Of a stretch of DNA of 64,000 nucleotides, positions 25,310-44,010 are shown one piece after another. Numbering within the stretch: position 1 is the first letter of the stretch; each line of letters opens with the position of its first letter. A model generated the notes under the pieces. That model ran no database searches and was not told where the DNA came from. It saw only the letters and a program-made list of their open reading frames with translations. Location: contig NIVC01002811.1 in the NCBI GenBank assembly GCA_002269645.1, positions 62,001 to 126,000 of the forward strand, given 5' to 3'. Source of the stretch: Macrostomum lignano (taxonomy: Eukaryota). A program made the position numbers and the translations under genes.

Positions 25310-25620
25310 GTCTATAAGCTCTAATATTAACTGGGCCACCATGTCTATAAGTGTAGACTTAGATACTATTAGAGATACTTATCTATAATATTAGAGCTTA
25401 ATATAATATTAGAGCTGGCCATGTCTATAAGTATAGACTTGGGCACTATTAGAGATACAGTCTATAATATTAGAGCTTAATATAATATTAGAGCTGGCCA
25501 TGTCTATAAGTATAGACTTGGGCACTATTAGAGATACAGTCTATAATATTAGAGCTTAATATAATATTAGAGCCGGCCATGTCTATAAGTATAGACTTAG
25601 GCACTATTAGAGACATGGCT
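25310..25620. repeat. 79-bp tandem repeat (~4 copies) within a decayed repeat-rich block
   Basis: TCTATAATATTAGAGCTTAAT occurs at 25382, 25461 and 25540. Confidence 0.85.
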
Positions 25621-27074
25621 GTCATTTTTATGTTTTTGGATTATAGACATGGCTGCCATGTCTTTTAAGTGTGGCATATCAAAAAAGGCATATTAACCAA
25701 ATATGGCCTAGTACTAGTACTGGTATTATACTTTGCAGTCTAAAAATGAAAAGCTTATATAATACTCAAAATTTCTAACCTGGCTTTTAGTGTTCATTTT
25801 TTAGTTCAATTGTATTGAGATTAAAAAATAGTCCAAATTAATTTATACCAATAATATAAACATATTGTTTTTATAGATTAATATTGAACAATAGAAAATA
25901 ATTGTAATTTGTAATATATAAGATTAATTTAAGATTAAATTGGTCTATATTGACTATAGTATAATAAACTTACTTAGACTTGTCTCAACTCCCTTCATAC
26001 TAGTGGTTGTATAAGTGTTAAGGCAGAGGAGGCTGCAGCCACTAGGTCACTACCCTTCTAGGCTCCTATCTCTCTATGGGATGACCACAATAATTTTTTA
26101 ATACATGCATTTTTGGTAAGATTTTAGTATAATGCATTGCACTAATTCTAAAAATTAATTGGGGGAAGGGATGACCACCCAACTACTATCCTTGCTAATT
26201 GGAGATACTGTGCTACAACTGTTTTATACTTTTAAAGATGCAGTTTTAGGGGAATTCTTGTTTTTAGCAAGGTCTTAGATAGTTTTACCATATGCACAAT
26301 ATGTCACAGAGAATATAAAAATTATTTTTATTCCATATAGACATAGGGATTTTTTAGGTCCTTTTTAGTCCAATAGCTCTCTCTATAATAACAATAATAA
26401 ATATTTATCAATCACTTAAAATTTTAATTTCATTGTCTATTAGTATACATAGTGTTGTAGTCATGTAGTAAATGTCATTGGCATGGTATTTCCACTCTTA
26501 AGACTATCTATATTATTTTAATATAGATATTTTGTTAGATTATTAATTTTTTAAAAGTTAAAATTAATGTTTAACTTTGAATATAAGACAAATGAATAGT
26601 ATGATTGACAATGAATATTTGATAAAGATAATTTATGATCATTGATGGTAAATCTAATGAAGTGGAGATTGATGCAAACAGAAATGGAATGGTAAGGTGA
26701 GGCATACATGCGCAACACCCTGCCAATGGCTGGCTGGCAAGGGCCTAGCTAAAATAGATATAAATACAGTCATAGTTACTCCTAATATTTAACATAAGTT
26801 GCATGGCCAGTGTAAATTGGGGGGGGGTTGTGCATGTATGAAGATAAGGATCAAGATTAGGTTGATGATTAGGATGCATTGGAATTTTTCATGATTTTTG
26901 AATTTTAAATCCAAACTTAAACAATGATGACTAGGAACACATTAAATTTGGTGTCTAGATACTTAATTTGAATGCAACTAGGACTAATTATCAAGGCTTA
27001 ATTGGTTGTATTATTGATACAAATTCATTTTTATCGCAACAATCCCCCATTACAGTCAGTTAGCATCCCACCCA

Positions 27075-30000
27075 ATGGAGGAAGTGGACAGAAACGTTAT
27101 TCGCCAGCTGGTCTCCATTGGCTGCGACTGGGACCCGAAGGTGACCTCAATTGGCCAGCTCACTGCCGAGATGATGGTGGAAGCTGTGGGCCGCTGCCTG
27201 CGACTCATGCAACCAGACGAGTCATTCTCCATCACCCTGCCTGACGGCATGAACATCCGCTACCGGATCGGACAGCAGCTGGCCGAGGCTGTCCGAGGCC
27301 TGGGCTACAGAGGCGAGCTGGGCTATCAGAGCCTGCTGTACCCCAGCGAACGAGACGCCCGCTCGCTGCTGGTGTTCCTAGTTGAGCGCCTGCCGAAGGA
27401 CGAGGCTGGGGAATTGAAGGACGCCCTGACTGGGGCGTCTGGGCAGCAGCTGCTGGACCGGCTGATCGCGGCCAGGTGCCGGGCCCAGCTGGCCGCGCCT
27501 TGGCTGCCCGCCTGCTGCAGGCCGGACGGCTTCGCCCTCCGCCAGGGCGGCCTGTGCTTTGAGGGCGGCGGCGGCGGCCCCTGCGAGTTCCGCACCGTCT
27601 ATCCGTGCGTGCCAAACCGGGCCGCTCCGGCCGCGGCCGGCTCTGAAATTCCGCCATCTGTGCGGCAGTTCCAGCGCGGCCTGCCGTTTTTCTGCGGTCC
27701 GGCCGGCCGGCCGGGCTGTTGGGCGGCCTCGGCAGCGCCGGGCCCCTCGCTGCTGTCATGGACGGCTTCGCTGCTGCTGGCCGAGCGGCGCGAGGAGGAG
27801 GCCGCCATTGGCGCGAGACCATCGACAGCTGACACGGAGTCCGGTGGTGTCGGCATCGACGTCGAGTTGCTGCCGCGCTCGCTTCGCCAGGCTGTTGCCG
27901 ACGCCGTAAAACAGGCTGCCGGCGGGCGTCGACCTCCGCCGCCGCCAAAGCCGCCGAAGCCAACGCGGAAAAAGTCCGCAAACGACGAGCACCAGCAGCT
28001 GCTCAAATCTGCGGAGACGGAGGCCACCGAGTCTGCCGAAGCGCGAGCAGCTCGGGCTCGGGAAGATCTCGAACGGCTGCGCGCCGAGCTTGAAGCGGTT
28101 GCCAAGGCGACGGGCAAAGCGGAGCGCCGGGCCGCCAAGTTGGACGCTCAAACTGCCGAGGCGCAGGCCGCCGCCGACGCGTGGGAGCAGCGGGAGCGGC
28201 AGGAGGCTCAGACCCGGCTGAGAGCGGCAGAGCTGCTGGCCGCTGGGGAGGCGGACAGGCTGGAGGAGGCTCAGGTGATTTGCCACTTGCCTCTTCTTCC
28301 CTATGACCTATGGGAAATTTCGGGGGGGGGGGGGATTTTAGTGAGGCTAACTTCAGCAGGTACTTCAGTGGAAGATTCATGCAGAGGCACATGTCAGAGA
28401 GAATCCTGAGAGGAATTCCTACGGATAGATCCTAGAGTGAAGCACGTGTCAGGGGGAATCCTGAGGGGAATTCCTACGGATAGATCCTAGAGTGAAGCAC
28501 GTGTCAGGGGGAATCCTGAGGGAATTCCTACGGATAGATTCTAGAGTGAAGCACATGTCAGGGAGAATCCTGAGAGGAATTCCTACGGATAGATCCTAGA
28601 GTGAAGCACGTGTCAGGGGGAATCCTGGGGGGAATTCCTACGGATAGATCCTAGAGTGAAGCACATGTCAGGGGGAATCCTGAGGGAATTCCTACGGATG
28701 GATCCTATAGTGAAGCACATGTCAGGGTGAATCCTGAGGGGAATTCCTACAGATAGATCCTAGAGTAAAGCACATGTCAGGGAAAACTTTGAGTAGGAAT
28801 CATAAAGATGAATGTCAAAGGGTATCACAAGGGGAATACCAAAACGAATCCTATGTCAGGGGGAATTATGGAAGGAATTTCGCCGGAAAACTATTTACAA
28901 CAAGTCATCTGAGGATTTTAAGGCGGTCTAAGAGAATTCCTGGGGATTGCCCCTGACAACTCGCTTCAATGCGAATGCGATATTCCTTTGCACAGATCCC
29001 GAATTCGAAATTCTCCTTAAGCTTAACTGTTTATTCTGTGTGCCAACCCTGCCACTGCTCCAGGCTGCTCAAGAGTCCAAGCTGGCCCGCCAGTCCGAGC
29101 AGTGGGCGGAGCGCCGGGCCGCCATGGAGGCGGAGCGCCGCGCCCTCCAAGCCGAGCTGGACGCACGCAGCTCCGTGCTGGCCGGCCGCCTCGACGAGCT
29201 GCGCGAATCCCGCGCCGACTTGGCCGCCTGCCGGGAGGATCTGCGCGCCCGCGAGGCCGAACGGGAGCTGCTGCAGCGGGCGGCCGACCGGCTGGCCCGC
29301 CGCCTGGCCGAGGGCGACCCGAGTCTGACGCGCAGGCGGGAGCTGACCCGCGGCCTGCTTGATTTTGCCGCCAATTTGAAGAAGCAGCGAGCCGAGCTGG
29401 GCCGGATTAGCGACGAACTGCGGGCGGCGCAGAAGGAGATTAACCGGCTCACTGGTTGGTGCTGGGGATGGGGGAGGTTGTCGAATTTGATTCTTTCGGG
29501 GAATATGGGATAAAGAAGTAGCCTATTCTATTAGAAAGTCCTAATATTCTCTAAGGGACAATTATCCTAATCATTCAAAAAAAAATCCCAGGATTCCGGT
29601 GGGCTAGAATTGGTAAATCCCAAGAATTCCAGGGGATATAAATCCCTGCAGTCACATTGGATAAAAATCGAAGCATTAACAAGGGATAACAATGGTGAAT
29701 CCCCAGAATCCCAGGGTTGAAAATCCCTACGGTCTCAGAGGATAAAAATCCCTACAGTCACTGGATGAAAATCCCTACAGTCACGGGATGAAAATCCCTA
29801 CAGTCACAGGGGATGAAGATCCCTACAGTCACAGGGGATGAAAATCCCTACAGTCACAGGGGATGAAAATCCCTATAGTCACAGGGGATGAAAATCCCTA
29901 TAGTCACAGGGATGAAAATCCCTATAGTCACAGGGGATGAAAATCCCTATAGTCACAGGGGATGAAAATCCCTATAGTCACAGGGAATGAAAATCCCTAC

Positions 30001-30555
30001 AGTCACTGGGGATAAAAAATAATAAAATCCCTTCAGTCACTGAGTATAAAAATCCCTACAGTCACGGAATAAAAATCCTTACAGTCACATCGGGATAAAA
30101 GTCCCTACAGTCACTTGGGGAATAAAACCCCTACAGTCACAGTGGATTAAAATCCGTACAGTCACAGGGGACAAAAATCGCTACAGTCACACAGGGGATA
30201 AAAATCGCTACACTATCAGGGGATAAAAAATTCAATTCCCAATCAAACAGGCAAACTGGACCGCACCTATCGCGTGGCGGACGAGGCCGTATTCTCTGGA
30301 GCTTCCGATCCCACTGGCAAGCGGCTGTACAAACTGCTAGCCGGCCTGCACCAGCACTGCGACGCCGTTCTGCGCTGTGAAGAGGACAAATCGACTCTGC
30401 AGAAGGAGACCATCGACCTGGAAGATCACATCCTTGTGGAGCGTCGACGCCGGATGGAGGAGAACGCCGACAAGTTGGCGGCAGATTTGGCCGAATTGAA
30501 ACGGGCTAACAAAGCTTTGAAGGCGGCTGCCGCTGCTGCTGCCGCGTCTGGATAG
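27075..30555 (+). CDS. CCDC22: Coiled-coil domain-containing protein 22 (CCC/Commander complex subunit), 3 exons, 631 aa
   Basis: Exons 27075-28274, 29064-29454 and 30251-30555 have matching phases (0, 1) and total 1896 nt. The N-terminus MEEVDR...VEAVGRCLR...LGYRGELGYQSLLYPSE.D.RSLLVFLVERLP and the C-terminal coiled coil (INRLTGKLDRTY.VADE) are typical of CCDC22. Confidence 0.95.
28385..28800. repeat. ~55-bp intronic minisatellite (CCDC22 intron 1)
   Basis: GGAATTCCTAC occurs at 28412, 28467, 28521 and onward; about 7 copies. Confidence 0.9.
29720..30230. repeat. ~27-30-bp intronic minisatellite (AAAATCCCTACAGTCACAGGGGATG; CCDC22 intron 2)
   Basis: Tandem AAAATCCCTA(C/T)AGTCAC units that end just before the exon 3 acceptor. 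Confidence 0.9.
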
Positions 30556-30687
30556 AGTTGGGGCAACTGGCTGTTTTTTATGGTGCCGATATGTTGTGCC
30601 TACCTACTCTAATATGTGATTTCATTTGAGTTCTTGTGTTTGAGTTTCCTGGCATGAGCAGCAATGAAGGGGCTTTGAAGACAATGC

Positions 30688-31165
30688 ATGACCTGAGCTA
30701 ATGGCCTTAGACTATCTATGTGACCTGAGCTAGTGACCTTAGGCTATCTACATGACCTGAGCTAGTGACCTTAGGCGATCTATATGACCTGAGCTAATGA
30801 CATTAGGCTATCTATATGACCTGAGCTAGTGACCTTAGACTTATCTATATGACCTGAGCTAGTGACCTTAGACTATCTATATGACCTGAGCTAGTGACCT
30901 TAGGCTATCTATATGACCTGAGCTAGTGACCTTAGACTTATCTATATGACCTGAGCTAGTGACCTTAGACTATCTATGTGACCTGAGCTAATGACCCTAG
31001 GCTATCTATATGACCTGAGCTAATGGCCTTAGACTATCTATATGACCTGAGCTAATGGCCTTAGAATATCTATATGACCTGAGCTAATGGCCTTAGACTA
31101 TCTATATGACCTCCACTAGTGACCTTTGGCTATGACCTCAACTAGTGACCTTAAACTATCTATAA
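30688..31165. repeat. 32-33-bp minisatellite downstream of CCDC22
   Basis: Units of ATGACCTGAGCTAGTGACCTTAGACTATCTAT; about 14 copies. Confidence 0.9.
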
Positions 31166-31709
31166 ATGACCTTAGCTAATAATGTTAAGAGCTACTAGGC
31201 TAATGCTAAGAATGCCAGATATATGTAAACTGAACTGAACAATGTGCCTCTGAATAATTTTTATCCCAGTCAATTAGAAAAGTAGTATATACGAGTCTTA
31301 GTAGTGTATATGCATCTTCTGTTTGATGGCAATTGAAATTTATATCAAGGCTTCCATTTTGGCGGCCAAACTTAAGTTATAAATTATTGATTTGATGATG
31401 CAATGATTGATAAGTGTATTCGAGTGCTACTCGAGTATTTACTGAGTAGTATATAATTATTGTAACTGCTCTTGCCTAGTTACGGTGATTAGATTTGCAT
31501 GCGTTTTTTAAAGATTTATTGCGCTTTGTTGATTGCACTGTAAAACCATGGTTTTGTAATTGCATACATGTAATGTATTTGCGACTAATTTTATATGAAA
31601 ATTCTGCTCAGATGCATGTTCTACTACTCACGTTTTTTACTGCCCTGTTAACTCGAACTCCAGTATTTTCGTGCATAATTTTCAGCAAGAGTCGATTTCA
31701 TCCTTGTGC

Positions 31710-32270
31710 TGTCCTCCCCTAGTCTATCTGTGGGCTGTCACCCCTCCCCCAGTCCATCTGAGGGCAGTCACCCCTCCCCTAGTCCATCTGAGGGCAGTCA
31801 CCCCTCCCCCAGTCCATCTGTGGGCTGTCACCCCTCCCCTGTGGGCTGTCACCCCTCCCCAGTCCATCTGTGGGCTGTCACCCCTCCCCAGTCCATCTGT
31901 GGGCTGTCACCCCTCCCCAGTCCATCTGTGGGCTGTCACCCCTCCCCAGTCCATCTGAGGGCAGTCACCCCTCCCCCAGTCCATCTGAGGGCAGTCACCC
32001 CTCCCCCAGTCCATCTGTGGGCTGTCACCCCTCCCTGTGGGCTGTCACCCCTCCCCAGTCCATCTGAGGGCAGTCACCCCTCCCCTAGTCCATCTGAGGG
32101 CAGTCACCCCTCCCCAGTCCATCTGTGGGCTGTCACCCCTCCCCTGTGGGCTGTCACCCCTCCCCAGTCCATCTGTGGGCTGTCACCCCTCCCCTAGTCC
32201 ATCTGAGGGCAGTCACCCCTCCCCTAGTCCATCTGTGGGCTGTCACCCCTCCCCAGTCCATCTGTGGGCG
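31710..32270. repeat. ~29-30-bp C-rich minisatellite
   Basis: Units of CCCCTCCCCAGTCCATCTGTGGGCTGTCA. Confidence 0.9.
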
Positions 32271-32611
32271 GTCATTCTCTCCCAGATATACTTGTTAGTT
32301 TCATTTGATAGTAATAAATTGTCAAGGATCGAAAATCCCTGTGGTCACAATGCTAAGATAGTTGTAGTAGAATGAAACGCACCAATTGACAGTTCACTGT
32401 TTTCATTCGCTCTGCTAGCAGCCAGTCGTGGCTCTGGCTTTTATCACTCAATAAATTCACTGATTGACAATAGAAATTTGAGCTAGTTAATAATTTTCGT
32501 TTTCTTGTACAATATTTTTATTTGAAGCAAATGCTTAGAATAAAATATGGACTAAGTATTAGTTAAGTCACGTGACTGCTAGAAGGGTAATAGACGACTT
32601 TAGTTTGTGAA

Positions 32612-32833
32612 GTCTCGAGCTTGTGAAGTTTTGAGTTCATGAAGCCTCGAGCTCGTGAAGTTTTGAGTTCATGAAGCATCGAGCTTGTGAAGTTTTGATT
32701 TCATGAAGCCTCAAGCTCGTGAAGTATTGAGTTCATGAAGCCTCGAGCTCGTGAAGTTTTGGATTCATGAAGCCTCGAGCTTGTGAAGTTTTGGATTCAT
32801 GAAGCCTCGAGCTTGTGAAGTTTCGAGCTTGTA
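32612..32833. repeat. 32-33-bp minisatellite immediately upstream of the first RECQL acceptor
   Basis: Units of CGAGCTTGTGAAGTTTTGAGTTCATGAAGCCT at 32616, 32648 and onward. Confidence 0.9.
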
Positions 32834-32866
32834 AACCGCCTCCCGGAATTCCCGCTGCTATTCCAG

Positions 32867-38035
<5,169 letters not shown>

Positions 38036-38079
38036 TCGTCTTCGCCAGATCGTGGGAAACCTTTTTACCGAAAATAAAC

Positions 38080-38430
38080 TTGGGTAGTAATTTCCAAGAA
38101 TCAAAGGGTAGTCATTTCCAAGAATCAAAGGGTAGTAATTTCCAAGAATCAAAGGGTAGTGATTTCCAAGAATCAAAGGGTAGTAATTTCCAAGAATCAA
38201 AGGGCAGTCATTTCCTAGGAATCAAGGGAGTCATTTCCTAGAAATCAAGGGTAGACATTTCCTAGAAATCAAAGGGTAGTCATTTCCTAGAAATCAAGGG
38301 GTAGACATTTCCTAGAAATCAAAGGGTAGTCATTTCCTAGAAATCAAAGGGCAGTCATTTCTTAGAAATCAAAGACTAGCCATTTCCTAGCAATCAAAGC
38401 GTTGTCTTTTCCTAGAAATCAAATGGTAGC
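38080..38430. repeat. 24-25-bp minisatellite just after the RECQL stop
   Basis: Units of TTCCAAGAATCAAAGGGTAGTCAT at 38092, 38116 and onward. Confidence 0.9.
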
Positions 38431-39449
38431 CATCTCCATTGAAATAAAAAATTGGCCATCTCGGTAAAATCAAGAATTCCATTTCCGAAATAACTAGAGA
38501 TCGGGATTGCGCACTTCGCTCCTACGAGCTATTTTAGAAGTTGAGAGTCAAGTGACTCATCACAGAATTTTGCACGTTGGTTGTTTGTTTCCTGTTCTGT
38601 TTAATACTGCTATCTGAGTAATAATACAAAAATGCATTTTCATGACTCATTCATGGCATTTGAACTCAACAAATTCAATAAAACTATTTTCAGAGCGTTT
38701 GACACTGCTCTTTTATTTTAATTATCAAATATGATGGGTACATAACCAATTACCACCTTAATGCTTTTCAGATGACGAGGCGTTGTGGCGTTGTGGCATA
38801 AAAAACAAGCAATAGTTACTCACACCGTTAAACAAAATCACAAAAAGCCAGTTTAGTTGGGCTGAACTCAATTTCAAAATTGAAAAAAAAACAGCTAAGA
38901 ATTTGTTACGATTTATTATATCGTGTAAATATTTATTTATTATATATAATGATAGACAAAATGGACAAAAATTCACTTTTTGATATTACGGCCTGCTACA
39001 ATAAGCATCACAAGCATTTATTATCCTAATAATTATAATCATTTTGTTAGTTACATGTATGCTGCAGTTTTAAAGTATAAGCGGCACAGCCAATGGGATA
39101 AAAACGATTAATAAAAAAGCAAAATTTATTTTTCATAGAAACTATGTGGAGAGCGGAGAGTGCTATCTCGTATGTATTACTTTAAGTAGCATAGTAAAGT
39201 TTTGAATCAATGAAATAACCTATGCTACAGAAACCATTGTGTCCAGACTGGCGCATATCCGAACTTGAGAGACTGGCAAGCAAGCTTAAAACTATTTTTG
39301 CTTCTAGTAGCATTCGAATAGTAACAAGTACACAAGTATAGAATTAAAACCTTCGAGCCATTCGGAACACAAGCGCGGATTAAATATGGAATGTGCAAAC
39401 ATTTGGATCTGCTTTTGAAATAGCAGAGTGTACTGAAGCCCAGCTGCCT

Positions 39450-39785
39450 TGAAGGATGAAGATCAATATATTTGCAGGACTGAGGACATCGTCCCACAAC
39501 CAGCGCTGCCGGCAGTTATGTCCATTCTGCTGACTTCTGAGCACTCATACACACGCTCACACAGGGTGTACAGCGGGCCTGACTTTCTAATCGTCAGGCA
39601 TGTACACTCTGTGTGCCCTGGGGGTTGGCCCTCATGGCTGTGAATCGCACGACAACCCTCCCCCCTCTTGCCAACATTCGCGCACACCAGCCCCAAATGA
39701 ATGTGTTTGCGCACGGGAATCGAACCAGGGGTCGCGTCACGAGATTCAGAAGCTAGCAGCCTAACCGCGGCCAACTCTGCTTAAC
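39450..39785 (-). mobile_element. tRNA-derived SINE, family B
   Basis: Minus-strand head with A-box-like GAGTTGGCCGCGGTTAGG and B-box GGTTCGATTCCC; the body is similar to 18340-18545. Confidence 0.6.
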
Positions 39786-39906
39786 TTGGTAGAATGCTCC
39801 AACCCACTCAGGGCTTGCAACCCTTTAATCTCCGGCATACTAAATTCCCAAATGATCATGGTGAGTGAACAAGATTTGAGTTTCTAAAAAGTCTACACTT
39901 CTCAAC

Positions 39907-40344
39907 TCAAAGCAGCACCGAGGCGGAGACCCTGGCCTCCGAACCCAGCGAGTCGCTCAACTGCGTGGTGAATCTCTGGAAGCCGCGGTGCACCAACAGG
40001 CTCAGCTGGGTCTCCCGGTTGAGTAGCGCGGCAACCTGGGCGTGGCCCAGGAAGGCCAGATTGTTGCCATTCACCTGCAGGATCTTGTCGTGCACCCGCA
40101 GGCCGGCCTTGTCCGCCGGACTGCCGCTGTACACGTGGGTGACATAGATGCCACAGTCTGGATAGCCGTAGGGGCAGTACTGCCGGTCCTGGTCGATGCC
40201 GCCAGCGAAGCGGAATCCAGTGAGCAGCTTGGGCGCCAGGCCGCCGGCCGAGTCCTTCACCATGACCCGCTGGCCATGGCTGTCCCGCTCGGGCACTTTC
40301 TCCAGCTGCAGCTGCACTGTCTGGGTGTGCGGCGAGCTTGGCAT
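39907..40344 (-). CDS. TAX1BP3: Single-PDZ protein, Tax1-binding protein 3 (TIP-1)-like, 145 aa
   Basis: GFRFAGGIDQD...GIYVTHVYSGSPADKAGLRVHDKILQVNG matches the TIP-1-specific GFSIGGGIDQD...GIYVTRV..GGPA..AGL..GDKI.QVNG. The coding region is one exon, with an acceptor-like AG at 40368-40367 upstream. Confidence 0.8.
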   Translation of the reverse strand: MPSSPHTQTVQLQLEKVPERDSHGQRVMVKDSAGGLAPKLLTGFRFAGGIDQDRQYCPYGYPDCGIYVTHVYSGSPADKAGLRVHDKILQVNGNNLAFLGHAQVAALLNRETQLSLLVHRGFQRFTTQLSDSLGSEARVSASVLL

Positions 40345-42083
40345 GGCATGAATTGAGATTGAGTACCTGTATAAGCATTGGATCATAGATAAACTATGCG
40401 TGATTTGACTAACAGATATATTCTGTGTTATACTTCTATATACATTTATATATACTATGGCAATATGACGGCAATATGGCGATATGACAATAAATATATA
40501 TACTAGGAGGAGATATGCATTAAACCTGGCCAGTTAATCAGTCCACTCAGCTTTAGATATAAGAATACAACCTCTGGACTTGCACTGGCCTTGCAACTAA
40601 CTGAAAAGCAAAGTGGAAAATCTTCAATTTTTCATCAAATTTTGCCCTATAAAATCATCTAATGGTAGTATTTTATAGTTTCTAGTAAAATAAAAAAATG
40701 GAAGTCAAAATCATTAAAATATGATTAATTATTTTATTTTATAAAATATTTTAATCATGTAATTTTTCTTTATTAATATATATAAAAATGGACCTTAATT
40801 ATAGAAATTAAAATATAAAAATAAAGGATTGCAGTTTGACAATGGCTATTATACAAGGTCCTTATGTATGGTAATATAAATTGAATATAAGCATAATGGC
40901 ACTGATTTATTATAAAGCCTAGGCATCCTTAGCCTTACAGATGAATAAAATGCTTTTAGTTTTAAATCATTTTAAATCAATATATTTAAATCATTTATAG
41001 GGCCTATGCTTAATAATAATAATTTCCATTTCTTCTTAACCAGAAAACCTAGCCTATTATATCATGCCAGGCTAATCATGCAAATCATGCTATATATAAG
41101 TTGTATATTGATATTTTTTTGCAAAAAAATAGATTAGAAGTAAAGATTTATTTTAAATTATACTTGTTACATATTGGGTTGCTATAAGACTAAGTGAGCT
41201 ATTTTGTTTTCAAAAGAAAGTAGATATTCCATAAAATTCAAAACATTTTACTTCTACCTAAACCTAACTACCTTTCCCTGAATTGTCTAAAATATTGATT
41301 AAAAACAATTATAAATCAATTATAAATCAAGCATAAGGATCCTGTTAATTACATAAATTAATTTTGTAAAATCAAATAACACTATATCATAACCGTATAG
41401 TATCTGTAGGTAAATTTCTAAAAAATATTTTTATTAAAATGCATCTTCATCATGAGATAGTATAGTCTAGATTATAAAAGACTGAAGCATCCCTCATATG
41501 ATGCAACGCCGAAAATCTTTGCGATGCCCTTCTCAAGGATCTGATATTTTGGTCTTGAGGACTTTCCAAGGATTTTCGGCGTTGTGAGAAATTTGTCTTA
41601 AGCATAGCTAGCTAGCACCCTTGGGCGAAATTTGAAGCTGGGCATTTTATATTGGACAGTGCAATTCAAATAATTCTTAATTTCCGCATGACAGTAGACA
41701 AACAAAAAGTAACGCTTGAAAAATATAGAATAGCTACCAATTTAAAAGTCTTGCATTTGTAGTATTTTACCTCAATTAGGTTAAATATTATTTTTAAATG
41801 TATCCTAGATAAAGTGAAGTAGGTTGTTTGTCTTTCACTGTTTTTTCAATCGTCGCTGGGTATAAATGTAAGAAAAAATAGCTGACATAACCCAGCGTCT
41901 AGAAATTATGTATAAGAGAACTTTGAGTTTTAGCGTTCAGGCCACTACCTGAATAAATCTAAAAGGTTCATTCGTGACTGCGCTATATTCGACTTTTTTA
42001 TTGACAATTCTTGCACATCAATGCAATAAAACCCAGCTTCTGGATTCGGCATCATGCATGCGAGCTACAGTTTGTAGCAGCTA

Positions 42084-42365
42084 GTTGATTGTAGTCTAAT
42101 GGTTAGAGAGCATTGGATTCACAACTGAAATTAAAATGTCGGGGGTTCGACGCTCGACCCACTCTGGAACAATTGTTGTGTCCTTGAGCAAGACACTAAA
42201 CGCAGCATCGCTTCAGTTCACCCAGCTAAATGGGTTACAGAAATTGAGGGTATCCTTATAGACTGAGCCGCCGTACGCAGCCTTCAGATGCGCCGCGCAA
42301 TAGCTGCGGCTGAGCTGTCCGTTGCACATCTGGTCAGGTGTAATTAAAAAAGTAATAAAATGCAG
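42084..42365 (+). mobile_element. tRNA-derived CORE-like SINE, family A
   Basis: A-box TAGTCTAATGG, B-box GGTTCGA, then GTGTCCTTGAGCAAGACACT...CTTCAGTTCACCCAGC; shares its 3' body with 49780-50058. Confidence 0.8.
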
Positions 42366-42879
42366 AATGTAAAATGTTCCAAAGCAACATACGGCATGAC
42401 TCAGCTAATTTATGTTCGCATTCTTGACTTTTCTTTTGTTTCATTATTAAATCAAAGTGTAGAGAGGACAGGAGAACTTATACACTAAGGGAATTGTTCT
42501 TTTTAAAGCACCTGAGCACTTTTTAGCAAGACACAAGTTAAGTCTGAATTTCATGCAGTTGACAAACAGCCTTGCACTTGATCTCCACAACACACTTTCG
42601 TCTATCTCCACTGCAGCTCTGCAGTGGCGGAGGCCGATTCGTCACGCATCGCTGGATAGCGGCTTCATTCTAACTTGGCTAATTCAATCCTACATACTAA
42701 AACTCACCCCCAAGAATCCACAGCTGCCGTTTCCAAGCTGCATCTTCAACGTTTAATTGGTTCCGATGCTAGCGGACTGAAAGACCGACAAGGTCTTGTT
42801 AAATATATAACATTGCCAATTCTAGGTTGTAATTCAAACTAAGGTCCACTCCTTAACTCTCAAGATCCACTCCTGCCTA

Positions 42880-44010
42880 TAAGTGTCTCCTCTCAGGATC
42901 CACCCCTCCCTAAGTGTCTCCTCTCAGGATCCGCCCCTCCCTAAGTGTCTCCTATCGGGATCTGCCCCTCCCTAAGTGTCTCCTCTCAGTATCCGCCCTT
43001 CCCTGAGTGTCTCCCCCATCAGGATCCGCCCCTCCCTACCAGGTAAGTGCCTCCTCTCAGGATCCGCCCCTCCCTAAGTGCCTCCTCTCAGGATCCGCCC
43101 CTCCCTAAGTGCCTCCTCTCAGGATCCGCCTCTTCCCTAAGTGTCTCCTCTCAGGATCCGCCCCTCTCTAAGTGTCTCCTATCGGGATCTGCCCCTCCCT
43201 AAGTGTCCCCTCTCAGGATCCGCCCCTCCCTAAGTGTCTCCTATCGGGATCTGCCCCTCCCTAAGTGTCCCCTCTCAGGATCTGCCCCTCCCTAAGTGCC
43301 TCCTCTCAGGATCTGCCCCTCCCTAAGTGTCTCCTCTCAGGATCTGCCCCTCCCTAAGTGCCTCCTCTCAGGATCCGCCCTTCCCTGAGTGTCTCCTATC
43401 GGGATCTGCCCCTCCCTAAGTGCCTCCTCTCAGGATCCGCCCCTCCCTAAGTGCCTCCTCTCAGGATCCGCCCTTCCCTGAGTGCCTCCTCCCAGGATCC
43501 GCCCCTCCCTAAGTGCCTCCTCTCAGGATCCGCCCCTCCCTAAGTGCCTCCTCTCAGAATCCGCCCCTCCCTAAGTGTCTCCTCTCAGTATCCGCCCCTC
43601 TCTAAGTGCCTCCTCTCAGTATCCGCCCTTCCCTGAGTGTCTCCCCCTTCAGGATCCGCCCCTCCCTAAGTGCCTCCTCTCAGGATCCGCCCCTCCCTAA
43701 GTGCCTCCTCTCAGGATCCGCCCCTCCCTAAGTGCCTCCTCTCAGGATCCGCCCCTCTCTAAGTGCCTCCTCTCAGTATCCGCCCTTCCCTGAGTGTCTC
43801 CCCCTTCAGGATCCGCCCCTCCCTAAGTGCCTCCTCTCAGGATCCGCCCCTCCCTAAGTGCCTCCTCTCAGGATCCGCCCCTCCCTAAGTGTCTCTTCTC
43901 AGTATCCCTTCCCTGAGTGTCTCCCCCTTCAGGATCCGCCCCTCCCTAAGTGTCTCCTCTCAGGATCCACTCCCCTTAAGTGTCTCTTATCAGGATCCGC
44001 CCTTTCCTGA
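42880..44010. repeat. 31-bp minisatellite (CAGGATCCGCCCCTCCCTAAGTGCCTCCTCT)
   Basis: About 35 tandem copies. Confidence 0.95.

Noticed and set aside
27232-29452. Long antisense and alternate-frame ORFs overlapping CCDC22 exons
   Set aside because: Expected shadows of very GC-rich coding sequence.
39902-40378. 158-aa alternate-frame ORF overlapping the PDZ gene
   Set aside because: No motif, and the GC-rich shadow explanation suffices. It is only noteworthy that a leader AUG added at 40366 would fall in this frame, which argues for caution about trans-splicing at that site.
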